This document shows, in pieces, positions 10,137 through 18,943 of a stretch of DNA of 63,604 bases. Source of the DNA: Clostridiaceae bacterium. GTDB taxonomy: Bacteria; Bacillota; Clostridia; Saccharofermentanales; Fastidiosipilaceae. The stretch spans positions 1 through 63,604 of the forward strand of contig JAAYOA010000032.1 of the NCBI GenBank assembly GCA_012520525.1, given 5' to 3'. The position numbers and the translations under genes are program-made. The notes under the pieces were generated by a model. The model was given only the letters and a program-made list of their open reading frames with translations, did not search any database and had not been told where the DNA came from. Position 1 is the first letter of the stretch. Each line of letters starts with the position of its first letter.

Positions 10137-10421
10137 CTAAGATAGGTTGCTCAAATCAATCAAAAATGATTTTGTATCGTCGCGCGAGTCTATCAGCAGA
10201 GCATAGTCACCAAATAAGCCTGTTAATGTATAACCTTGTTTCATATCTTCAGGCATTGCAAATATTTGAACAAAATGATTATTCGAAAAATCATACAGCA
10301 CGGGGAAACCACTGCTCTCCCACCAACCCAAAAAACGCTGATTGGAATAGAGCTGTAAAATAGAATAGTGGTCATTATCCCAAATCCGAAACTTTGATTC
10401 ACCGCTATCTATGATTTCCAT
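10137..10421 (-). CDS. orphan hypothetical ORF (94 aa), coding status doubtful
   Basis: ORF only. No Shine-Dalgarno upstream (GCACAAGAA-ATG), an in-frame stop 6 codons upstream, and no motif recognised. Confidence 0.3.
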   Translation of the reverse strand: MEIIDSGESKFRIWDNDHYSILQLYSNQRFLGWWESSGFPVLYDFSNNHFVQIFAMPEDMKQGYTLTGLFGDYALLIDSRDDTKSFLIDLSNLS

Positions 10422-10670
10422 TTCTTGTGCAAATTTTTAATGGAACTGTGTTAAATAGAAAATTAGTTGCAACTAATTAAGCACTGAAATATTTTACGTA
10501 ATTACTTTTTATTTGTAAATAAAAATGCGTAAATCTAAGCCAAGTGATTGGCAACTGACTTCATGGCAGAAACATACGTCTAATCTAATTTAACTTGATC
10601 AACTTTCTTGTGTTTGATTACAAAATTGTACAGTTCAAAGTACAACCTTCCATCTTGATCCTCGGGATGA

Positions 10671-10713
10671 TTTTGCAAAATTTAAAGGACTAAGATTTAA
10701 ATCCTAGTCCTTT
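10671..10713 (-). terminator. putative terminator downstream of lysS
   Basis: Stem AAAGGACTAAGA / TCCTAGTCCTTT (1 mismatch), followed on the minus strand by AAATTTTGCAAAA. Confidence 0.5.
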
Positions 10714-10755
10714 GATCACATCTTCTTATTTTCTAATTTATTAATTATCTTACTT

Positions 10756-12726
10756 TTAATACATTTTCGCTCCTGCTGGAATCCTAGGATTCAGCATAAC
10801 GAGGTTAAGTTTTTCTTCCCCTTCTTCCTCGTGGATCGCTGAGATAATCATACCTTCTGAATCAATTCCCATCATCTTTCTGGGTGGAAGGTTGCAGATA
10901 GCAAGCAGTGTCTTTCCAATTAGATCTTCTGCATTATAGTTTTCTTTAATGCCACTTAAAATGACTCTTTCTTTTCCAGAACCATCATCTAGTGTAAATT
11001 TTAAGAGTTTCTTACTCTTAGGCACTTCCTCACAGTTAAGAACTTTTACCGCTCTAAAATCAGCTTTAGAAAATGTCTCAAAGTCAATCATGTCTTCAAA
11101 TAACTGTTCAACCTGCACCTTGGAAAAATCAATATCTTCCAAGCTACCTGCATATTCATCGAAAGTTTCAGCTGTTTCTCTCTGAGAGCCACGGTTTTCT
11201 GAATTCTTCTCACTTTCCGGTCTCATCGTCGGGAATAGAAGCACGTCGCGTATGGAAGACGAATCCGTCAACAACATGCAAAGACGATCGATGCCCATGC
11301 CCATACCACCCGTCGGCGGCAACCCATATTCAAGGGCGCGACAGAAATCTTCGTCCATCATGTTAGCTTCTTCGTCACCGGCCTCCCTTCTGGCCAACTG
11401 ATCACTGAAACGACGGCGCTGGTCTATCGGATCATTCAGCTCAGAATAGGCGTTAGCAAATTCATTGCCACAAATAAATAGCTCAAACCGCTCCGTCAAA
11501 TCGGGGTGACCAGGTTTACGTTTAGTCAGTGGCGAAATTTCCACGGGATAGTCGTAAATAAATGTAGGTTGTACCAAATGGTCTTCGACGTAAGCCTCAA
11601 AGAAAACATTGAGATAATCACCCTTTTGCCATTCAGGGCGAGTCTCAAGATTGTGTTCCTCAGCCAACTTGCGGGCAGCCTCGGTATCTGCAATCTCTGC
11701 AAAATCAATTTTGGCATACTCTTTGACAGCCTCAGTCATGGTCATCCGATTAAAAGGTGGCGTCAGATCCAATTCGACTTCATTCCAAACTACATGGTAG
11801 TCGTCATGAACAGCTTTCGCACAACGGGAAATAATTTGTTCCGTCAGATCCATCATGCCTTTGTAATCGGTATAAGCCTGGTAGACCTCCAATAAAGTAA
11901 ACTCAGGATTGTGTTTGATACTGAGCCCTTCGTTACGGAAAGTTCGACCAATTTCGTAGACCCTTTCCATCCCGCCGACAATTAAGCGTTTCAAATACAA
12001 CTCAGGTGCTATGCGCATATAGAGATCGATGCCCAACGCATTGTGGTGAGTAATAAAAGGTCGCGCATTGGCACCGCCAGCTATGGCACTAAGAATCGGT
12101 GTCTCCACTTCAATGAAATTAAGACTATCAAGATAACTTCTAATCGTCTTAATAATCAAACTGCGCTGTTCAAATACCTGCTTGACGTGGGGATGAACAA
12201 TCAAATCGACGTAGCGCTGGCGATAGCGCGTATCCATATCTTTCAATCCATGGAATTTTTCCGGCAGAGGACGCAGAGCCTTTGAAAGCAGGACATACGC
12301 CTTGTTGCGCAAACTGATTTCCCCCCGCTTTGACTTCATAACTTCTCCGGTGACACCGACAATATCACCGATATCCAGATTTTGCCAAGCTTTGTAAGCC
12401 TCCTCACCCAGCATATCTATTTTGGTGAAAATTTGAATTTTCCCAGAGCGATCATGGAGATCACAGAAACTTACTTTGCCCATGCCACGTTTGCTCATAA
12501 TGCGCCCCGCCACGCTGACGACTTGATCTTCCAATTCATCAAAGTTTTCGATAATGTCGGCGGCATGATGAGATGCATCGTAGACAACCTCTTCAAAGGG
12601 ATCGTTGCCTTGTTCCTGTAAATCCGCCAGTTTACCTATACGAATTTGCATCTGCTCATTCATGTCTGAGACGGCAGGATTATCTGGATGTTCTGTCTGA
12701 CCTTGCTGTTGATTTGAATTGCTCAT
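10756..12726 (-). CDS. lysS: class II lysine--tRNA ligase fused to a C-terminal Trbp111/EMAP-II-like tRNA-binding domain
   Basis: The LysRS core spans residues 1-503 (OB anticodon-binding domain; motif 2 FRNEG; motif 3 GMGMGIDRL; ends LLFPTMRPE). Then a 45-aa acidic linker. Residues 549-656 are FSKADFRAVKVLNCEEVPKSKKLLKFTLDDGSGKERVILSGIKENY...EGMIISA, typical of the MetRS C-terminus/CsaA. Confidence 0.95.
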   Translation of the reverse strand: MSNSNQQQGQTEHPDNPAVSDMNEQMQIRIGKLADLQEQGNDPFEEVVYDASHHAADIIENFDELEDQVVSVAGRIMSKRGMGKVSFCDLHDRSGKIQIFTKIDMLGEEAYKAWQNLDIGDIVGVTGEVMKSKRGEISLRNKAYVLLSKALRPLPEKFHGLKDMDTRYRQRYVDLIVHPHVKQVFEQRSLIIKTIRSYLDSLNFIEVETPILSAIAGGANARPFITHHNALGIDLYMRIAPELYLKRLIVGGMERVYEIGRTFRNEGLSIKHNPEFTLLEVYQAYTDYKGMMDLTEQIISRCAKAVHDDYHVVWNEVELDLTPPFNRMTMTEAVKEYAKIDFAEIADTEAARKLAEEHNLETRPEWQKGDYLNVFFEAYVEDHLVQPTFIYDYPVEISPLTKRKPGHPDLTERFELFICGNEFANAYSELNDPIDQRRRFSDQLARREAGDEEANMMDEDFCRALEYGLPPTGGMGMGIDRLCMLLTDSSSIRDVLLFPTMRPESEKNSENRGSQRETAETFDEYAGSLEDIDFSKVQVEQLFEDMIDFETFSKADFRAVKVLNCEEVPKSKKLLKFTLDDGSGKERVILSGIKENYNAEDLIGKTLLAICNLPPRKMMGIDSEGMIISAIHEEEGEEKLNLVMLNPRIPAGAKMY

Positions 12727-12888
12727 TATATCATTCTCTCTTTAACCTGGTTGCTGTTTATTATATTCGAGTTGTTCTGTTCTACATTGTTGTTGCAAAT
12801 CTCCTATATCTAGATCTCTGTATGAAAGATTGCTCATTTTTGTGCAAAAACTTTTGATCATAATATAGTTCATACACTAGATATAAAA

Positions 12889-13368
12889 TTACGGTCTAGA
12901 TATATTAATGATTTTATATTTTAAAAATCCTGATGGAGTATTTACTTCGACGACTTGATTTTTCTTCTTTTGCATAATTGCTTTGCCGACGGGTGAATCC
13001 ACAGATATTTTACCGGATAAAATATCTTCCTCTTTGGCACTGACAAGAATATATGTCTCTCTATCTCCCGTTTCAACATCCTCAAGTTCAACTTCGGAAC
13101 CCAAAGTAACTTTGGTCTTGGAAATTTCACTCACTTCAATAACTCGGGCTTTTTTCAGGATGTTCTCGATCTCGAGGATACGCGCTTCATTTTCGCCTTG
13201 CTCCTGTTTCGCATCGTCATATTCTGAGTTTTCAGATAAGTCGCCAAAGGAAAGCGCCACTTTGATGCGCTCAGCAATCTCCGACCGCTGTACAAACTTG
13301 CGATCTTCTAATTCTTCTTGAAGGGCGGCAATGCCCGCCGAAGTCATTTCATAAATTTCTTCTGCCAT
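12889..13368 (-). CDS. greA: transcription elongation factor GreA
   Basis: Coiled-coil N-terminus plus a C-terminal FKBP-like domain (ISVDSPVGKAIMQKK). Start chosen at the ATG preceded by GGAGGAAGAT. Confidence 0.95.
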   Translation of the reverse strand: MAEEIYEMTSAGIAALQEELEDRKFVQRSEIAERIKVALSFGDLSENSEYDDAKQEQGENEARILEIENILKKARVIEVSEISKTKVTLGSEVELEDVETGDRETYILVSAKEEDILSGKISVDSPVGKAIMQKKKNQVVEVNTPSGFLKYKIINISRP

Positions 13369-13499
13369 ATCTTCCTCCATAACGCGTAATTTATAATAGC
13401 AAATTCACACTAAGATGCCTTTGCAGCGGCGGACCGCTTTTTATTTGTTAACTAACATCAACAAAATAAGATAACATTAAAAATTAAAAAGTAAAAGGA

Positions 13500-15038
13500 C
13501 TACGGTCGACGTTCGCTCTCTTTTGTAATAACATCATGGGCTCCACCTTCGACAATGCTCGTTGAAGACACACGAATTAAGCGGCTATTCTGTTGAAAAT
13601 CCTTGATAGTCAATGAGCCACAGGCACACATCGTGGCTTTTAGTTTTGCCAATGTTATGTCTAAGTTGGACTTCAATGAACCGGCATAGGGAACATAGGA
13701 GTCGACGCCTTCTTCAAAGGCAAGACCGCCTTTCTCATCCTTCCGGTGACCGTAGCGCTGCCAGTTTCTCGCACGATTCGAACCTTCGCCCCAGTATTCT
13801 TTGACATACATACCATTGACAAACTGCTGTTTAGTTGGACTCTCGTCAAATCGAGCAAAGTAGCGACCGAGCATCAAAAAGTCTGCTCCCATAGCCAAGG
13901 CGAGGGACATGTGGTAATCATATACAATGCCACCATCAGAACAAATAGGAATATAAATACCCGTCTCGGCAAAATATTCATCTCGAGCTTCCGCTACAAT
14001 TTGCACTGCTGTGGCCTGCCCACAGCCAATTCCTTTCTGTTCTCTAGTTATACAAATTGAACCTCCGCCAATACCTACTTTAATGAAATCCGCACCGGCT
14101 TCAGCTAAGTAACGGAATCCTTCACGGTCGACAACATTTCCACCGCCGATGGGAATATCAGGATAATGGGTCTTGACATATTGCAACGTCTCATATTGCC
14201 ACTCGCTGAATCCGTCCGATGAATCAATGCAAAGGATATCTACCTCTGCATCGATCAGTGCAGGTACCCGTTCCACATAATCTCGGGTATTGATGCCGGC
14301 ACCAACCAGGAGACGCTTGTGATGGTCAAGCAATTCCATCGGGTTTTCTTTGTGGGCATCGTAGTCCTTGCGGAAAACCATACCTACCAATTCATTTTTG
14401 CTGTTGACGATAGGCAATTGATTTAATTTATGATCCCAAATTATGTCATTTGCTTCGCTTAAGGTGATACCTTCACGACCGTAAACTAATTGATCGAAAG
14501 GTGTCATAAAATCGGCCACAATCTCATCACCGTTCATGCGACTGACTCGGTAATCTCTTGATGTAACCACACCCAAGAGGCGACCGTGGGAAGTACCATC
14601 GGCCGTAATAGCTACCGTCGAATGACCCGTGCGCTTCTTAATTTCTAAAATATCTTTAAGGGTTGCATCAGGTTTTAGATTGGTATCGGAGGTAACCAAA
14701 CCTGCTTTAAATTTCTTGACAGTTCTCACCATCTCAGCCTGTGAGGCAATGGGCTGGGAGCCAAAAATAAATGATAATCCGCCTTCACGAGCTAGTGCAA
14801 TCGCCAGTCCTGAATCTGAAACAGCCTGCATAATAGCTGATGTCATCGGAATATTAAGAGACAGAACGCTTTCTTCGCCTTTTTTATAGCGAACGATTGG
14901 TGTTCTAAGATCTACATTCTCAGGAACACAATCTTTTGTCGTCAAATTGGGAATTAAAAGATATTCACTAAACGTCCTTGAGTCCTGTTTATAGATTGTC
15001 GCCATATAACTCCTCTTTTCATTGGTATCGTTCGCCAT
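13500..15038 (-). CDS. guaB: IMP dehydrogenase (long roughly 500-aa type with CBS pair)
   Basis: Catalytic loop [40 protein letters not shown] and [11 protein letters not shown] are also present. CBS region in the first third. Confidence 0.9.
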   Translation of the reverse strand: MANDTNEKRSYMATIYKQDSRTFSEYLLIPNLTTKDCVPENVDLRTPIVRYKKGEESVLSLNIPMTSAIMQAVSDSGLAIALAREGGLSFIFGSQPIASQAEMVRTVKKFKAGLVTSDTNLKPDATLKDILEIKKRTGHSTVAITADGTSHGRLLGVVTSRDYRVSRMNGDEIVADFMTPFDQLVYGREGITLSEANDIIWDHKLNQLPIVNSKNELVGMVFRKDYDAHKENPMELLDHHKRLLVGAGINTRDYVERVPALIDAEVDILCIDSSDGFSEWQYETLQYVKTHYPDIPIGGGNVVDREGFRYLAEAGADFIKVGIGGGSICITREQKGIGCGQATAVQIVAEARDEYFAETGIYIPICSDGGIVYDYHMSLALAMGADFLMLGRYFARFDESPTKQQFVNGMYVKEYWGEGSNRARNWQRYGHRKDEKGGLAFEEGVDSYVPYAGSLKSNLDITLAKLKATMCACGSLTIKDFQQNSRLIRVSSTSIVEGGAHDVITKESERRP

Positions 15039-15214
15039 CCGTTAATCGTATTGCCATCGTACGAATCATAGTATACTACCCTTCTGTTCAAATGGCATGA
15101 CGAAAATAATAATATTTGAATTTACACGATTATACACTTATTAAAAAATATTTGCTTGACAAATCATGTATAAAAATAGATAAATTCACCGGAACATACT
15201 GGAATAAAAAATGA

Positions 15215-15250
15215 TCTTATATCAAAGAGGGAGTCCGTACGGACTCCCTC
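15215..15250 (-). terminator. rho-independent terminator downstream of dfx
   Basis: Perfect 10-bp stem GAGGGAGTCC-gtac-GGACTCCCTC, followed on the minus strand by TCTTTGATAT. Confidence 0.6.
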
Positions 15251-15276
15251 TCAATATATATTAAATAATTTTAATA

Positions 15277-15654
15277 TTAGCAATCGGCTTTCCACAGACC
15301 ATGTAGGTTGCAGTACTCATAAACTGTAGCTGCGCCGTCCTGGATATCAAATTCAGCAACTGGTTCTTGACCAGGTTTTAGATCAGCACGATAGGTGCAA
15401 TCGCCCTGTTTTACGATGATAAACTGGATATAATGTTTATCTTCCATCGGATGCAGGGTGCTGCCGACTTGAACTTTGATGTGATTACCTTCACGTGTGA
15501 CATCCGGTACGTGTTTTTCTTGTGCTGCATCAACTGTGCCAGCTTCAAGTTTCTTCATCTCTTCACCGCAGCAAATCAGTGGTACTTGTGTCGCAACAAC
15601 TTTCTCTGCGATCTGTTTGCATTTTTCACATAAATATAATTCGATATTTGCCAT
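15277..15654 (-). CDS. dfx: desulfoferrodoxin (2Fe superoxide reductase)
   Basis: N-terminal desulforedoxin Cys set (CEKC...CCGEEM). C-terminal SOR centre (EKHVP..., H-rich, CNLHGLW). 125 aa. Confidence 0.9.
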   Translation of the reverse strand: MANIELYLCEKCKQIAEKVVATQVPLICCGEEMKKLEAGTVDAAQEKHVPDVTREGNHIKVQVGSTLHPMEDKHYIQFIIVKQGDCTYRADLKPGQEPVAEFDIQDGAATVYEYCNLHGLWKADC

Positions 15655-15767
15655 TGTAACCTCCTAAAGAAACATAAAATATTTTGACAAAAGAGTTCTC
15701 ATATCTCTTATTGAATACAATTATAACATGATAATGATAAAAATCTGTAACATCGAACACGGTCTTG

Positions 15768-16103
15768 TTAAGCTACGTGTTCATAATTTGATATAGCAAC
15801 TGATTCAGACTGTTCCTGAACAGCCTGAATAATATTTAATGGTTCATTCTTTATTAATGAGGGAGCAAATGCTGCTGCATCCAATTCATAAAAAATGACT
15901 TCCCGTGGACGCTTTCCTATAATCTCATTGGGATGCCTTACAGCCTTGTCTGACAGCATCTCTTGACCTTTCCCTTGCTGTCTAGCGCGTTGTCGTCGCT
16001 TCGCCTGGGCGCAACTATATTCAAAATCTCTCTGTCTCCAAAATTGGCTTAATGCCACAGCCAAACTCAACAGGCTAGCAATAATAAAAACTAGATTTAA
16101 CAT
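15768..16103 (-). CDS. hypothetical small membrane-anchored protein
   Basis: Start chosen at the ATG preceded by GAGGAA (MLNLVFIIASLLSLAVAL...). Single N-terminal TM segment. No motif recognised. Confidence 0.4.
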   Translation of the reverse strand: MLNLVFIIASLLSLAVALSQFWRQRDFEYSCAQAKRRQRARQQGKGQEMLSDKAVRHPNEIIGKRPREVIFYELDAAAFAPSLIKNEPLNIIQAVQEQSESVAISNYEHVA

Positions 16104-16274
16104 AATCTGTTCCTCGCATTCGTCAAAACCGAACATATATTCTGATATTTAAATACTAACACAGTTCATCAAAAATGCAAGAACAAACGTTTGGGTAAAA
16201 TTTGTCACTCTTAAAATTGTGATATAATTCAATAATTATCAACACAAATATAACGCTTAGCGTTGGAGGTTTAT

Positions 16275-17198
16275 ATGGAATTATATGATGTGGTTATAAT
16301 CGGCGCTGGACCAGCCGGTATGACGGCGGGCATTTATGCTCAACGAGCAGGTTTAAAGGCAGTCATCTTAGAAGGACATTTCCCAGGCGGCAAGCTGGCT
16401 AACACTGCAGAAGTAGGCAACTGGCCCGGTATCCCTGAGATTGGGGGTGCAGAGTTGGCGACCAAAATGTATGAGCACTGCAGCGCTCTGGAAATTGAAC
16501 TTAAATTCGATGCCGCCACTGGTCTAGAAGATCACGGCAATTACAAGACGGTACATACTAATTCAGGCGAAATAAATACAAAAACTGTCATTATTGCTTC
16601 CGGTACCAGAGAGCGCAAGCTCAATATACCTGGTGAGGACACTTACGCCAGTAGAGGTATATCTTACTGTGCTGTTTGTGACGGTGCCTTGTTCCGTGGT
16701 GAAAAGACCATCGTCATAGGAGGCGGCAACTCTGCTTATGAAGAAGCTGATTACATGACTCGCTTTGCCAGTGATGTTACCTTGGTGCTCCGGCGCGACG
16801 TGCCTCGGGCAGACCAAATCAACGTAGATGCTGTTGCTCGCAACCCCAAAGTTAATGTGGTTTACAACTATACCCCCACCGCTTTTCTCGGTAACGATGA
16901 TCACTTGACAGGCGTCGAATTCGCTCATTCCAAGACCGGCGAAAAGCGCATCATAGAAGGGCGAGTTGTCTTTCCAATGGTGGGACTCTTGGCAAATACT
17001 GATTTCGTCGGCGAGCTCCCCATCTTAAACGATGAAAAATTTATTATTACCGGAACAGATATGTCTACTTCCATTCCAGGCATCTACGCTGCTGGTGATG
17101 TCAGGGACACGGTACTCCGCCAGATTGTCACCGCTGCAAGCGATGGATCTATAGCCGCCCAGTCCATCGTCAAATATTTACAGACTTTAGAAAGCTAA
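16275..17198 (+). CDS. trxB: thioredoxin-disulfide reductase
   Basis: GxGxxG (IIGAGPAG), redox-active CAVCDG, and a second Rossmann motif GGGNSAYEEA. ATG preceded by GGAGG. Confidence 0.9.
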   Translation: MELYDVVIIGAGPAGMTAGIYAQRAGLKAVILEGHFPGGKLANTAEVGNWPGIPEIGGAELATKMYEHCSALEIELKFDAATGLEDHGNYKTVHTNSGEINTKTVIIASGTRERKLNIPGEDTYASRGISYCAVCDGALFRGEKTIVIGGGNSAYEEADYMTRFASDVTLVLRRDVPRADQINVDAVARNPKVNVVYNYTPTAFLGNDDHLTGVEFAHSKTGEKRIIEGRVVFPMVGLLANTDFVGELPILNDEKFIITGTDMSTSIPGIYAAGDVRDTVLRQIVTAASDGSIAAQSIVKYLQTLES

Positions 17199-17345
17199 TC
17201 AACAAAACACAATCACGCACAACCACGAAAAAGGGACTTTCTCTGACAAAGCACCTGACGGTCACGACAGAGAATAGTCCCTTAATTATTTATCACTTTT
17301 ATTTAAAATATTAAATCATGTTTATGTAAAAATGGAATAGGACGC

Positions 17346-18119
17346 TCATTTCGCATCCTCACCAGCTTGGACGACTGGCTGAGGCTTAAGCTCGGTGACG
17401 ACACCATTTTTCACTTCAAATGACTGTTCCTCACCAGCGATCACAACGCGCAATTCCTGTTCCTCGGGGTTAGTCATTTCATATGCGTTCCCCCGTGCGG
17501 TTTGGAAGTTTTCGTAAATTTTGGCAGCTTCGTCGGAATTGACGACAATTTTTTCCGGGGAAACAACCCTTAAAGTCTTGTTTTTATTGCCCTCAAAGCT
17601 GTAGTGACCGCCGTCCTTTTGCAGGTCAAAGGTCAGAATAGAGTTAATATTGTCACTCAATATCTCCCGTTTACTGTCCCGTTCAAGAGCCATTGGCAGG
17701 GCGATGGCTAATATAATGCCAATAATGACAATGATACCTCCCAGCAGAGCCAAAATTTGTTTAGTCGATAATGGATTGACCTTTAAAGGTTTGGTCTGCA
17801 ACTCAGCCACTCGTTCACTCGGTGAAGGCTTTTGAGATTTTTTTGCCCGGGCGTGGGCGGCCTCTGCGGCGAGCTGAGCCTTGCGAAGATTTTGATCAGA
17901 CACCTTGCGGTAACCTTGAAAAGCTACCTCCTTTTCGTCTTCGGTCAGCTCTTCCTGTTTTTCATTTGGAAAGGTATAGGCATCGGGATTCTTCTCTATT
18001 TCGATCGCTGTTTGGGGGTCGGTCTTTGCATTACAGAAAATACAGATTGCAACATCTTTTTTGTCGTCCACGCGGATAATCGAACCGCAATTATGACAAC
18101 GTCCATTCTTTATCGCCAT
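17346..18119 (-). CDS. hypothetical zinc-ribbon / single-pass membrane protein
   Basis: N-terminal CxxC...CxxC (CHNCGS...CIFCNA), one central TM helix, and an extracytoplasmic C-terminal domain. Good RBS (GAGGAG). Confidence 0.5.
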   Translation of the reverse strand: MAIKNGRCHNCGSIIRVDDKKDVAICIFCNAKTDPQTAIEIEKNPDAYTFPNEKQEELTEDEKEVAFQGYRKVSDQNLRKAQLAAEAAHARAKKSQKPSPSERVAELQTKPLKVNPLSTKQILALLGGIIVIIGIILAIALPMALERDSKREILSDNINSILTFDLQKDGGHYSFEGNKNKTLRVVSPEKIVVNSDEAAKIYENFQTARGNAYEMTNPEEQELRVVIAGEEQSFEVKNGVVTELKPQPVVQAGEDAK

Positions 18120-18262
18120 TAGATACTCCTCATATTAAAAACTGATCGCGCTCACGAGCACGATCCGTACATATCATGATATTATATGTCAAAACATAAT
18201 TGCACTATATTATATAAGTTATTTTCAGATTTGTGAACCCGCATATTATTGGAGTTTGATCT

Positions 18263-18802
18263 ATGCATGGCCAGTACCCAGCTTCTGAACACGATTACTT
18301 TTGGATGAAACAGGCTCAAATACTAGCCGCCCGGGCGGCCGCCCTCGGCGAAGTGCCCATTGGTGCCCTCGTCATAAAAGAAAATACCGCCGTCGGAATC
18401 GGCTGGAATCGGCGCGAACAAGCCCAGCTCGTTACAGAACACGCCGAACTCATGGCACTGCAAGATGCCTGCACAAATCTGTCCTCTTGGCGGCTGGATG
18501 GCTGTGATCTATACGTGACCTTGGAGCCCTGTCTTATGTGTGCGGGTGCAATACAACAGGCTCGCATTCGTCGCTTAATCTTCGGTGCTTCGGATCCCAA
18601 GACGGGTGCAATCCATTCTCGCTGGCACAGTTATGATCTGACCGGACTGAATCACGACGTCCTCTGGACAGCCGGCGTATTAAAAGAATCGTGCAGCAAG
18701 CAAATCAAAGATTTTTTCTACGAACTGCGCCAGGAAAATAAGCGCACCGAACAAAAACTGGGGGGTCGCGGAGCCCGGCGGCGGAATGCAAAAGGAAACT
18801 GA
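18263..18802 (+). CDS. tadA: tRNA adenosine(34) deaminase
   Basis: CDA zinc motifs HAELMAL and PCLMCAG. Short basic C-terminal tail. Confidence 0.9.
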   Translation: MHGQYPASEHDYFWMKQAQILAARAAALGEVPIGALVIKENTAVGIGWNRREQAQLVTEHAELMALQDACTNLSSWRLDGCDLYVTLEPCLMCAGAIQQARIRRLIFGASDPKTGAIHSRWHSYDLTGLNHDVLWTAGVLKESCSKQIKDFFYELRQENKRTEQKLGGRGARRRNAKGN

Positions 18803-18943
18803 TCTATCTTTTGTCACTCTTTCAGGAGTTGAACAAGCTGCGGAATCAGTTCTTACTTACACCGTCACCGACTTTTAATCAACCAGTTGTCTAATGAGCC
18901 TCACTATTTATCCTCCTATTTAGATGGCTTCACTTCACGCCAG

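Noticed and set aside
15129-15134. Possible purine riboswitch or extended -10 promoter (TGTATAAT) upstream of guaB
   Set aside because: The -10 is plausible, but no acceptable -35 lies at 16-18 nt. The roughly 90-nt leader lacks the purine-riboswitch conserved core. Support is too weak to report as a feature.
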